Positions 26,174 through 35,091 of a stretch of 64,000 nt of DNA are shown here, in pieces. Every line of letters begins with the position of its first letter. Position 1 is the first letter of the stretch. Origin of the DNA: an uncultured Alphaproteobacteria bacterium (GTDB lineage Bacteria > Pseudomonadota > Alphaproteobacteria > MPNO01 > DASWLB01); contig CAVZIN010000003.1 in the NCBI GenBank assembly GCA_963775315.1, positions 72,011 through 136,010 on the forward strand. The letters run 5' to 3'. The translations under genes and the position numbers were made by a program. The notes beneath the pieces were generated by a model. That model was not told where the DNA came from and did no database searches. It saw nothing but the letters and a program-made list of their open reading frames with translations.

Positions 26174-27052
26174 CTACGAAAACAGCTCGCTGTGGCCGGC
26201 GTGGTCGTGGTCGAGCGCGACGCGCAGCTTGTCGAGCGCCTTGCCTTCGATCTGGCGGATGCGCTCCTTGGTGACGCCGAAGCTCGCGCCGATCTCGGCG
26301 AGAGTCGTGCGACCGTCGCCCAGGAAGCGCGCCGCGATGATCTGGCGCTCGCGCGGGGTGAGCGAGTCGAGCGCCTCGTTGAGCCAGCGCGAGCGCACGC
26401 TGCGGTCGTGCCGGTCGGTCACGACCTCTTCCGGGCTCGGCCCGTCGTCGGCCAGGAAGTCCTGCAGCTCGTCCGTGTCCTCGTCGCCGATCGAGGCGTT
26501 GAGCGAGCGGTCGGGCCGCGACAGGTGTGCCTCCATCCGCTCGACCGCCGCGAGCGGCACGCCGAGCGCCTGGGCGATCGACTGGCGCTGCTCGTCCGTC
26601 ATCGAGGTGGCCGTGGCGCCGCCCAGCTTGGCGCGCAGCCGGCGCAGGTTGAAGAACAGGCTCTTCTGCGCGGGCGTCGTGCCGATGCGGACGATCGAGG
26701 CGTTGCGCACGATGTATTCCTGGATCGCCGCCATGATCCACCAGGTGGCGTAGGTCGAGAAGCGGACCTCGCGCTCCGGGTCGAACCGGTTGGCGGCTTC
26801 CATCAGCCCGACATTGCCTTCCTGGATCAGGTCGTTCAGCGGCAGGCCATAGCCGCGGAACCGGCCGGCGATCCGCACCACGAGGCGGATGTGGCTGGTG
26901 ATGATCTCGTGCAGGGCCTTCTGGTCGCGCTCGTCGCGCCACCGGCGGGCGAGATCGACCTCGTGCTCGCGCTCCAGGAGGGGCGCGTCCATCGCCTGCG
27001 AGATGTAGCGCCGATCGTTGCGGTCGGGTGTTCCGGGGTTCGCATATGCCAT
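26174..27052 (-). CDS. rpoH: RNA polymerase sigma-32 factor RpoH
   Basis: Sigma-70 regions 2-4 plus the RpoH box 'QKSLFFNLRRLRAK'. Confidence 0.9.
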   Translation of the reverse strand: MAYANPGTPDRNDRRYISQAMDAPLLEREHEVDLARRWRDERDQKALHEIITSHIRLVVRIAGRFRGYGLPLNDLIQEGNVGLMEAANRFDPEREVRFSTYATWWIMAAIQEYIVRNASIVRIGTTPAQKSLFFNLRRLRAKLGGATATSMTDEQRQSIAQALGVPLAAVERMEAHLSRPDRSLNASIGDEDTDELQDFLADDGPSPEEVVTDRHDRSVRSRWLNEALDSLTPRERQIIAARFLGDGRTTLAEIGASFGVTKERIRQIEGKALDKLRVALDHDHAGHSELFS

Positions 27053-27209
27053 TTGCAGTACTCCGTCCCGGGGCTGGCGTCCGGGGACCTGAGGCGGCGC
27101 GTGCGCCGCACCATTTGCTATCGAGTCGATAATATAATTTGACCCCGCCCCGTTTGCAACCAGTTACCCATGCGCTATATCGCTCCGATACCAAAGGAGG
27201 AAGCACCGC

Positions 27210-27788
27210 TTGGCCAACTCGCGACACGTGGCGGATATGCTCGACCGGCTGGCCCGGATCGCGCACGGCGCCCAGTTCTGCGCGGGGCTCAACCCGGCCC
27301 AGTGGGAGGCGCTGCGCTTCCTCGCACGCGCAAACCGCTATTCCCGCTCGCCCGGCGCCATCGCCGACTATCTCGGCGCCACGCGAGGCACCATCTCCCA
27401 GACGCTTATTGCCTTGGAATCGAAGGGTTATATCCGGCGCAGCCGGTGCTCGGCCGACAAGCGCGGGGTCGACGTGGCGCTGACCGAGGCGGGGCGCGCG
27501 GTGCTTTGCCAGGACCCGCTCACCGTGCTCGGTGCTTCGGTGGCGGCGCTCGGCGAGGAGGAACGCGGCGTGCTCTCGCGCGTGATCGACCGGGTGTTCG
27601 AGCAGGTCCAGCAGGCCAAGGGGATTTGCGCCTTCGGCCGCTGCCGCGACTGCTGCCACCTGAAGCCGGGCGAGGGCGAAACGGCCAAGATGGAAGCCAC
27701 CGCCCCCGGCGCCTGCCGCTGCGGCGTCACCGGCGATTCGCTGAAATCCGACGAACTCAACCAGATCTGCGTCGATTTCCGGCCCTGA
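27210..27788 (+). CDS. MarR-family transcriptional regulator with C-terminal cysteine-rich extension
   Basis: MarR winged helix ('LNPAQWEALRFL...GTISQTLIALESKGYIRRSRCSADKRGVDVALTEAG'). The tail 'CAFGRCRDCCHLKPG...ACRCGV' carries 7 Cys in about 35 aa. Confidence 0.85.
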   Translation: MANSRHVADMLDRLARIAHGAQFCAGLNPAQWEALRFLARANRYSRSPGAIADYLGATRGTISQTLIALESKGYIRRSRCSADKRGVDVALTEAGRAVLCQDPLTVLGASVAALGEEERGVLSRVIDRVFEQVQQAKGICAFGRCRDCCHLKPGEGETAKMEATAPGACRCGVTGDSLKSDELNQICVDFRP

Positions 27789-27917
27789 CGCCGGCCCGGC
27801 CGATCTTCGCGGTATCATAATACCGCGCCCTTAATCCCCTGCCGTACAATGCATTTTTACGGTTGACCTGCGCGTGCGGCGTGGCATATTCCGCCGTCGC
27901 CGAAAGGACCCTGAACG

Positions 27918-28382
27918 ATGAAAACCTATTCCGCCCGGGCACAGGACGTGACCCGCAAATGGGTGGTGATCGACGCCGACGGGCTGGTGCTCGGGCGTCT
28001 CGCCAGCCTGGTCGCCATGCGCCTCCGGGGCAAGCACAAGCCGATCTTCACGCCGCACGTCGATTGCGGCGACAACGTGATTATCGTCAACGCCGAGAAG
28101 GTGCGGCTGACCGGCCACAAGTACGAGGACAAGGTCTTCTACTGGCACACCGGCCATCCCGGCGGCATCAAGGGCCGCACCGCCCGCGCGACGCTGGAGG
28201 GGGCGCACCCCGACCGGCTGATCACCAAGGCGGTGGAGCGCATGGTGCCGCGCAACAATCTGGGCCGCGACGTGATGCGCAAGCTGCACGTCTATGCCGG
28301 TCCGAGCCATCCGCACGAGGCCCAGAAGCCCGAGCCTCTCGACATCGGCGCGATGAACCGCAAGAACAGAAGGAGCGCCTGA
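27918..28382 (+). CDS. rplM: 50S ribosomal protein L13
   Basis: '[30 protein letters not shown]...' is a canonical L13. Confidence 0.95.
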   Translation: MKTYSARAQDVTRKWVVIDADGLVLGRLASLVAMRLRGKHKPIFTPHVDCGDNVIIVNAEKVRLTGHKYEDKVFYWHTGHPGGIKGRTARATLEGAHPDRLITKAVERMVPRNNLGRDVMRKLHVYAGPSHPHEAQKPEPLDIGAMNRKNRRSA

Positions 28383-28384
28383 GC

Positions 28385-28828
28385 ATGGCCACCGAATTCG
28401 GCGCCGCCGCCGCGCCCCTGCACGAGCGGAAGGTCGACGGCCAGGGCCGCGCCTACGCGACCGGCCGCCGCAAGGACGCGGTCGCGCGCGTCTGGGTCAT
28501 GCCCGGCAAGGGCAAGATCACCGTCAACGGGCGCGAGAGCAACGTGTACTTCGCCCGCCCGACCCTGCGGATGCTGATCAACCAGCCGTTCCTGGTGGTC
28601 AACCGCGACAGCCAGTACGACGTGTACTGCACCGTCACCGGCGGCGGCCTCTCGGGCCAGGCCGGCGCGGTGCGCCACGGCATCTCGCGCGCGCTCACGC
28701 ACCACGATCCGGCGCTCCGGCCGATCCTCAAGAAGGCCGGATTCCTGACCCGCGACCCGCGCGTGGTCGAGCGCAAGAAGTACGGCAAGCCGAAGGCGCG
28801 ACGCAGCTTCCAGTTCTCCAAGCGCTGA
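28385..28828 (+). CDS. rpsI: 30S ribosomal protein S9
   Basis: '...[25 protein letters not shown]...[16 protein letters not shown]'. AGAAGGAG SD upstream, 2 nt after the rplM stop. Confidence 0.95.
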   Translation: MATEFGAAAAPLHERKVDGQGRAYATGRRKDAVARVWVMPGKGKITVNGRESNVYFARPTLRMLINQPFLVVNRDSQYDVYCTVTGGGLSGQAGAVRHGISRALTHHDPALRPILKKAGFLTRDPRVVERKKYGKPKARRSFQFSKR

Positions 28829-28908
28829 CGCGCGACGCCTTTCCGTGTTCGAACGGGCGTCCCGCTTCGGCGGGGCGCCCGTTTCATTTCCGGCCTCGAT
28901 TCCTTATT

Positions 28909-29973
28909 GTGGACGCCATCATGGCCACCAAGCCCAACACCATCCGGACCGCCATTCTCGGCGCCAGCGGCTATACCGGCGCCGAGCTGGTGCGCCTGCT
29001 GCTGCACCACCCGTCGGTCGAGCTCTCGGCGTTGACGGCGGACCGCCACGCCGGCAAGCCCTACGGCGCCGTCTTCCCGCACCTCGGCGACCGGGGATTG
29101 CCCGACCTCGTGAAGATCGACGCCGTCGACTATTCCGGCATCGACCTGGTGTTCTGCTGCCTCCCGCATGGCGAGACGCAGCGCGTGATCGCCGCGCTGC
29201 CGGGCCATCTCCGCGTCATCGACCTGTCGGCGGATTTCCGCCTGGCCGATCTGGCCGCCTACGCCGAATGGTACGGCCACGATCATCACGCGCCCGAGCT
29301 GCAGAAGACCGCCGTCTATGGCGTGACGGAGCTCGCGCGCGAGGCGGTGAAAAGCGCGCGGCTGGTCGCCAACCCTGGCTGCTACCCGACCTCGGCAATC
29401 CTGCCGCTCTTCCCGCTGATCGAGGCGGGCGCGGTCGAAACCGGCGAGATCATCGTCGATTCCAAGTCCGGCATGACCGGCGCCGGCCGCGCGGCCAAGG
29501 AGGAGATGCTGTTCTCCGAGGTGTCCGAGGGCATCAACGCCTACGGCATCGCGCGCCACCGCCACACGCCGGAGATCGAGCAGGAGCTGGGCCGTGCCGC
29601 GGGCGCGGCGGTGCGGGTCGCGTTCACCCCGCACCTCATGCCGATGAACCGCGGGATCCTCTCCACCATCTATGTGCGGCTCGCCAACGGCGCCGACGCC
29701 AGGGCGCTGCGCGTGACCCTCGCCAAGCGCTACGCGGGCGAGCCCTTCGTGCGGCTCGTGCCCGAGGGGATGGCGCCGGCGACGCGCCACGTGCGCGGCT
29801 CCAACCACTGCCTGATCGGGGTGTTCGCCGATCGGCTGCCCGGCCGCGCCATCCTGGTTTCGGTCATCGACAATCTGGTCAAGGGCGCGTCGGGCCAGGC
29901 GATCCAGAACATGAACGCGATGTACGCCCTGCCCGAGACCACCGCGCTGCAGCAGGAGCCTTTGTTCCCGTGA
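28909..29973 (+). CDS. argC: N-acetyl-gamma-glutamyl-phosphate reductase
   Basis: 'AILGASGYTGAELVRLL...NPGCYPTS...' is ArgC with the active-site Cys. Confidence 0.95.
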   Translation: MDAIMATKPNTIRTAILGASGYTGAELVRLLLHHPSVELSALTADRHAGKPYGAVFPHLGDRGLPDLVKIDAVDYSGIDLVFCCLPHGETQRVIAALPGHLRVIDLSADFRLADLAAYAEWYGHDHHAPELQKTAVYGVTELAREAVKSARLVANPGCYPTSAILPLFPLIEAGAVETGEIIVDSKSGMTGAGRAAKEEMLFSEVSEGINAYGIARHRHTPEIEQELGRAAGAAVRVAFTPHLMPMNRGILSTIYVRLANGADARALRVTLAKRYAGEPFVRLVPEGMAPATRHVRGSNHCLIGVFADRLPGRAILVSVIDNLVKGASGQAIQNMNAMYALPETTALQQEPLFP

Positions 29974-30509
29974 CCGGCTTGATCCTGCCCTATGGCAACC
30001 ACACGCCGCTGATCCACAAGACCGCTTTCGTCGCGCCGAACGCGACCGTCATCGGCGACGTCGAGATGGCCGAGGATGCGAGCCTCTGGTTCGGCTGCAT
30101 CGTGCGCGGCGACGACGAGCCGATCCGCATCGGCGCGCGCTCGAACATCCAGGACGGCTCGATCGTCCACGTCTCGTCGGGCGTCCAGGGCACCTATATC
30201 GGCGCCGACGTGACCGTGGGCCACATGGTGCTGCTGCACGCCTGCACCCTGCAGGACGGATCGTTCGTCGGGATGGGCGCGACGCTCCTCGACGAATGCG
30301 TGGTCGAAACCGGCGCGATGGTGGCGGCGGGCTCCCTCGTGACGCCCGGCAAGATCGTCAAGGCAGGCGAGATGTGGGCCGGGCGCCCGGCCCGCAAGAT
30401 GCGCGACATGGGCCCCGACGAGATCGCCTACGGGAGGGAGATCGTCGCCCACTACGTCAAGCGCGGGCGCGAATACACCGACATCCTGGCGCGGCGAGCC
30501 AAGGGCTGA
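29970..30509 (+). CDS. Gamma-class carbonic anhydrase family / hexapeptide-repeat protein (PaaY/YrdA-like)
   Basis: Left-handed beta-helix repeats ('IGDVEMAEDASLWFGCIVRGD...IGARSNIQDGSIVHV'). GTG start overlaps the argC stop (GTGA). Confidence 0.8.
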   Translation: MTGLILPYGNHTPLIHKTAFVAPNATVIGDVEMAEDASLWFGCIVRGDDEPIRIGARSNIQDGSIVHVSSGVQGTYIGADVTVGHMVLLHACTLQDGSFVGMGATLLDECVVETGAMVAAGSLVTPGKIVKAGEMWAGRPARKMRDMGPDEIAYGREIVAHYVKRGREYTDILARRAKG

Positions 30510-30515
30510 GCCAAA

Positions 30516-30577
30516 CTGTCATCCCGGGCGCTGCGCAGCGTGAAATGGTGCGCCGCAGACGCGGGACCCATCCGGCC
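30516..30577 (+). repeat. REP-like palindromic intergenic element (TGTCATCCCGGGCGC...GCGCCGCAGAC.CGGGA.CCATC family), copy A
   Basis: About 85% identical to 31702..31765. It has an internal stem GCGGCGCAG/CTGCGCCGC. Confidence 0.6.
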
Positions 30578-30665
30578 GTTCCCCCGCCCCTGGACTTTTG
30601 CCGCCCGAGGGGGCTAGCATTCGCGATCTTCCACCGTTGGGGCGCGGCCACGGCCGCGAGGCATC

Positions 30666-31685
30666 ATGACCATCGACATGCACCACCACTGGATTTCCAA
30701 GGGTTTGTCCGAGGTCCTTCGCAAGCGTACCGAGATGCCGCGCATCTACAAGATGGACGACGGGCGCGAGTACCTGGATTCGCCCATCGCCGGCTTCCCG
30801 CTGACCGAGGGGTTCGACTCGCCCGAGAAGCGCATCGAGGAGATGGACAAGGGCGGCATCAGCCGCGGCGTGCTGTCGATGATCGGGCTCGGCATCGAGA
30901 ACATGCCGCTGGAGATTTCGCTGCCGCTGCTCCGCGCCTATAACAACTCGGTGTCCGAGACCTGCCGGAAATATCCCGACCGGTTCTCGGCGCTCGCCGC
31001 GATCCCCTATACCGACATGACGGCTGCGGTCGCCGAGTTCGAGCGGGCGATGGACCTGCCCGGCTTCGTCGGCGCCCAGCTTCCTGGCGACGGGTTCCTG
31101 TCGAAGAGGCGCGCCGAGCGCTGGCGGCCCGTGTTCGAGGCTGCCAACCGCCGCCGCGCGCACTTCCTCGTGCATTACGGCAAGCAGGCGAACGATCCCG
31201 AGGCGCCGCGCCCGGACCTTTCGGACCTCGCCACGCCGCGCCGCGGCACGCTCGACATGCAGTCGCGCCTGTCGTCGGCCATGCTGACCTTCGTGATGAC
31301 CGACTTCCTCAAAGACTTCCCGAACGTGTCGGTCCAGACCCACAACCTCGGCGGCAACATCCCGCTGGAGGTCGAGCGGCTCGACCATCGCCACATGATC
31401 TCGCACCCGAACGAGGAGCTGCCCTCGGCCAAGTTCCGCAACATGAAGATGGTGGTCGACTGCAACTCCTACGGCGCGCGCGGCATCGAGCTCGCCGTCG
31501 CGGTCTATGGCGCGGACAAGATCGTCGCCGGCACCGACGGCACGCTGTTCGGCATGGAGTGGACCGAGAGGGCGCTGGGCGAGGCGAACATCTCCGAGGC
31601 CGAGAAGGAGATGATCCGGTCGGGCAACGCGCTGCGCGTCCTCGCGCCCAACCTGCCCGGGGCCACCCGCGCCGCCGCGGAGTAG
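30666..31685 (+). CDS. Amidohydrolase-2 family metal-dependent hydrolase/decarboxylase (ACMSD-like)
   Basis: 'MTIDMHHHWIS' HxH metal motif and the TIM-barrel amidohydrolase-2 layout. Confidence 0.85.
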   Translation: MTIDMHHHWISKGLSEVLRKRTEMPRIYKMDDGREYLDSPIAGFPLTEGFDSPEKRIEEMDKGGISRGVLSMIGLGIENMPLEISLPLLRAYNNSVSETCRKYPDRFSALAAIPYTDMTAAVAEFERAMDLPGFVGAQLPGDGFLSKRRAERWRPVFEAANRRRAHFLVHYGKQANDPEAPRPDLSDLATPRRGTLDMQSRLSSAMLTFVMTDFLKDFPNVSVQTHNLGGNIPLEVERLDHRHMISHPNEELPSAKFRNMKMVVDCNSYGARGIELAVAVYGADKIVAGTDGTLFGMEWTERALGEANISEAEKEMIRSGNALRVLAPNLPGATRAAAE

Positions 31686-31701
31686 GGGCGCCAATAAGGA
31701 C

Positions 31702-31818
31702 GTTGTCATCCCGGGCGCGGCGCAGCAGCGAATTCTGCGCCGCAGACCCGGGATCCATCTCGCCACCATCCCGGATCGGTAGCGCAGAATTCGCTGCTGC
31801 GCGGCATCCAGGATGACA
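31702..31818. repeat. REP-like element copy B (31702-31765, direct) plus inverted partial copy C (31775-31818), forming a large palindrome
   Basis: 'TTGTCATCCCGGGCGCGGCGCAGCAGCGAATTCTGCGCCGCAGACCCGGGATCCATC' followed by its reverse complement, '...GCGCAGAATTCGCTGCTGCGCGGCATCCAGGATGACA'. Confidence 0.6.
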
Positions 31819-31836
31819 TCTTGTGGGGATGACATC

Positions 31837-32799
31837 ATGGACGGCACCAACGCCCGGGCGACGCTGCTGGTCACCGTCCGCGATTCGGTCAGCCTCTGCG
31901 CCATCGACATCGAGACCGGGGAGACGGTCGGCGTCGCGCGGACGGGCGAGGAGGGCGTCGCCAAGCCGCACGAATTCGCGCTGACCCGCAACGGGCGGAC
32001 GGCGTTCACCTCGATCTACGGCAACCGCGGGTACGGCACCAACGACAAGCCGGGCAAGGCGCTCGGCATCGTCGATATCGAGACCATGACCACGGTGGGA
32101 CAGGTCGACCTCGACCTCTACCGCGCGCCGCACGGCATGGATACCGACCGCGACGGCATGATCTGGGTGACCGCCGAGGTGAACCGCTGCGCGCTGGTGA
32201 TCGACCCGGACGCGCGGCGCATCGCGCGCTCGGTGTGGATGGAGGCGCCGGTCCATTTCATCGCCCAATCGAAGGACCGGGCACGCATGTACTTCTCGCA
32301 CAAGGAGGTGCCGTTCGTGTCGGTGGTCGACGTGGGCGAGAAGTGCGTAACCGGCCGCATCCCGCTGCCCATCGGGTCGCAGTCGCTCTCGGTCTCGCCC
32401 GACGACCGGCGCGTCTATATCGGCGATTTCAACCGGCCGCTGCTGCACGTCGCCGACGCCGCGACCAACCAGGTCATCGAGACTGTCCCGCTCACCGCCG
32501 TGCCCGGCTGGCCCTACGCCACGCCGGACGGCAAGTACGTCATCGTCACCACCTATGACGAGCCGAACGACCGCGGCTATGTCGAGATCCTCGACGCGCG
32601 CGACCTCGCGAAGGCGCGTGTGATCGAGATGGGCGCCGAGCCGTTCCATGCCCTTGCCGCGGGGGATGGGCGCCACCTCTACGTCGCGCTCGGCGACGGG
32701 CGGATCCCGAAGATCGACCTCGACCGAGCCGTCATCGCCGAAGACCGCATGCGCGCCAATGGCACCGGCGCCGAAAAGCTGATGATCGTCGCGCGGTAG
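31837..32799 (+). CDS. Beta-propeller repeat protein (YVTN/lactonase-like fold)
   Basis: Repeated blade-like segments. I prefer the ATG at 31837 over 31813, which lies inside the REP element. Confidence 0.7.
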   Translation: MDGTNARATLLVTVRDSVSLCAIDIETGETVGVARTGEEGVAKPHEFALTRNGRTAFTSIYGNRGYGTNDKPGKALGIVDIETMTTVGQVDLDLYRAPHGMDTDRDGMIWVTAEVNRCALVIDPDARRIARSVWMEAPVHFIAQSKDRARMYFSHKEVPFVSVVDVGEKCVTGRIPLPIGSQSLSVSPDDRRVYIGDFNRPLLHVADAATNQVIETVPLTAVPGWPYATPDGKYVIVTTYDEPNDRGYVEILDARDLAKARVIEMGAEPFHALAAGDGRHLYVALGDGRIPKIDLDRAVIAEDRMRANGTGAEKLMIVAR

Positions 32800-32816
32800 G
32801 CGCGGCCGGAGCGGCG

Positions 32817-33008
32817 CTACCTCTTGAACAAGGCCTCGGCGCCCGAGCGGATGCGGTCCTTTTTCGCGATTTCCGCGCGCGCGCGGGCGATCTCGCCCTC
32901 CAGCTCGGCGATATAGGCGTTGAGCTCGGCCACCGACATGGGGTCGAGGTTCTTCGGCTGCGGCTTGGCCTTGAGCGGCCGGAGATCGTCCTCGTCCATG
33001 CCTGGCAT
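32817..33008 (-). CDS. DUF1192-family small coiled-coil protein
   Basis: 'MDEDDLRPLKAKPQPKNLDPMSVAELNAYIAELEGEIARARAEIAKK' is the DUF1192 signature common in Alphaproteobacteria. Confidence 0.75.
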   Translation of the reverse strand: MPGMDEDDLRPLKAKPQPKNLDPMSVAELNAYIAELEGEIARARAEIAKKDRIRSGAEALFKR

Positions 33009-33095
33009 TCTCCCGCGATCGGCGCTTGTCAGTCTGGGACCAACCGGTTATGCCTGCAAGTCGCTCCCGCAACCTTTCGCCCTGGCAAGGAACCC

Positions 33096-34097
33096 ATGGC
33101 CGTTCTGCCCGAAAGCATGACCGCGATCGAGATCGCCGCGCCCGGCGGCCCCGAGGCGCTGCGCCCGGCGCGGCGCCCGACGCCGCGTCCCGCTTCGGGT
33201 GAGGTGCTGATCAAGGTCGCGGCGGCGGGGGTGAACCGGCCCGACGTGCTGCAGCGCCAGGGCAACTACCCGCCGCCCAAGGGCACGACCGACATCCCCG
33301 GGCTCGAGATCGCCGGCACGGTCGCCGCGGTCGCGCCGGATGTGACCTGCCTCAAGGAGGGCGATCCGGTCTGCGCGCTGGTGGCCGGCGGCGGCTATGC
33401 CGAGTACTGCGTCGCACCCGTCCAGTGCAGCCTGCCGGTGCCCAAGGGGCTCTCGATGGTCGAGGCGGGGGCCCTGCCCGAGACGTTCTTCACCGTGTGG
33501 GACAATCTGTTCATCCGCGGCCGCCTTGCGGCGGGTGAATTCTGCCTGATCCACGGCGGGGCGTCCGGCATCGGCACCACCGCCATCCAGCTCGCCCACG
33601 CCCTCGGCGCCAGGGTGTTCGCCACGGCCGGCACGCCCGAGAAATGCTCCGCCTGCGTCGAACTCGGCGCCGAGCGCGCCATCAACTACCGCACCGAGGA
33701 CTTCCTCGAGGTGGTGCGCGAGGCGACCGGCAATCGCGGCGTCGACGTCATCCTCGACATGGTCGGCGGCTCCTATTTCGCCCGCAACCTCGACGCGCTG
33801 GCGGTCGAGGGGCGGCTCGTGTTCATCGCCACGCTCGGCGGCGCCACCGCCGAGCTTCCCATCTTCCGCCTGATGATGAAGCGCGCCACCGTCACCGGCT
33901 CGACGCTTCGCGCCCGCAGCGTGGCGCAGAAGGTGCCGATCGCCGAGGCGCTGCGCGCCCAGGCGTGGCCGCTGATCGAACAGGGCCAGGTGCGCCCGCG
34001 TATTCACGCCACCTTCCCCCTGGCCGAGGCTGGCGCCGCGCACGCGCTGATGGAGGCGGATACCCATATCGGCAAGATCGTGCTGACCAATGGCTGA
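33096..34097 (+). CDS. qor: NADPH:quinone oxidoreductase (zeta-crystallin/MDR family)
   Basis: 'GVNRPDVLQRQGNYPPP', a Rossmann 'GGASGIGT' motif, and the MDR layout. Confidence 0.9.
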   Translation: MAVLPESMTAIEIAAPGGPEALRPARRPTPRPASGEVLIKVAAAGVNRPDVLQRQGNYPPPKGTTDIPGLEIAGTVAAVAPDVTCLKEGDPVCALVAGGGYAEYCVAPVQCSLPVPKGLSMVEAGALPETFFTVWDNLFIRGRLAAGEFCLIHGGASGIGTTAIQLAHALGARVFATAGTPEKCSACVELGAERAINYRTEDFLEVVREATGNRGVDVILDMVGGSYFARNLDALAVEGRLVFIATLGGATAELPIFRLMMKRATVTGSTLRARSVAQKVPIAEALRAQAWPLIEQGQVRPRIHATFPLAEAGAAHALMEADTHIGKIVLTNG

Positions 34098-34172
34098 GGC
34101 GCGCCGGCCTTTCCCGGCGCCCTCCGTGCGCCTATGCTTGATGCTTGGCGCGGCCGCGGAAAAGGAGGGTTC

Positions 34173-34961
<789 letters not shown>

Positions 34962-34984
34962 GGCTCTGTCGTGCCCGTTCGAAT

Positions 34985-35025
34985 ATCCTCGTCCGTCGAC
35001 AGGCTCAGGATGAGGATATTGATTT
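34985..35025. terminator. Bidirectional hairpin (AATATCCTCGTCC...GGATGAGGATATT) between the convergent DUF1013 gene and pepN
   Basis: 13-bp imperfect inverted repeat with AT-rich flanks. Confidence 0.35.
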
Positions 35026-35091
35026 CGGCCTCACCCTGAATTTGTCGGAGGGCGAGGCCGCGGCACCGTGATCCAGCTTTGCTGGAGGCGT

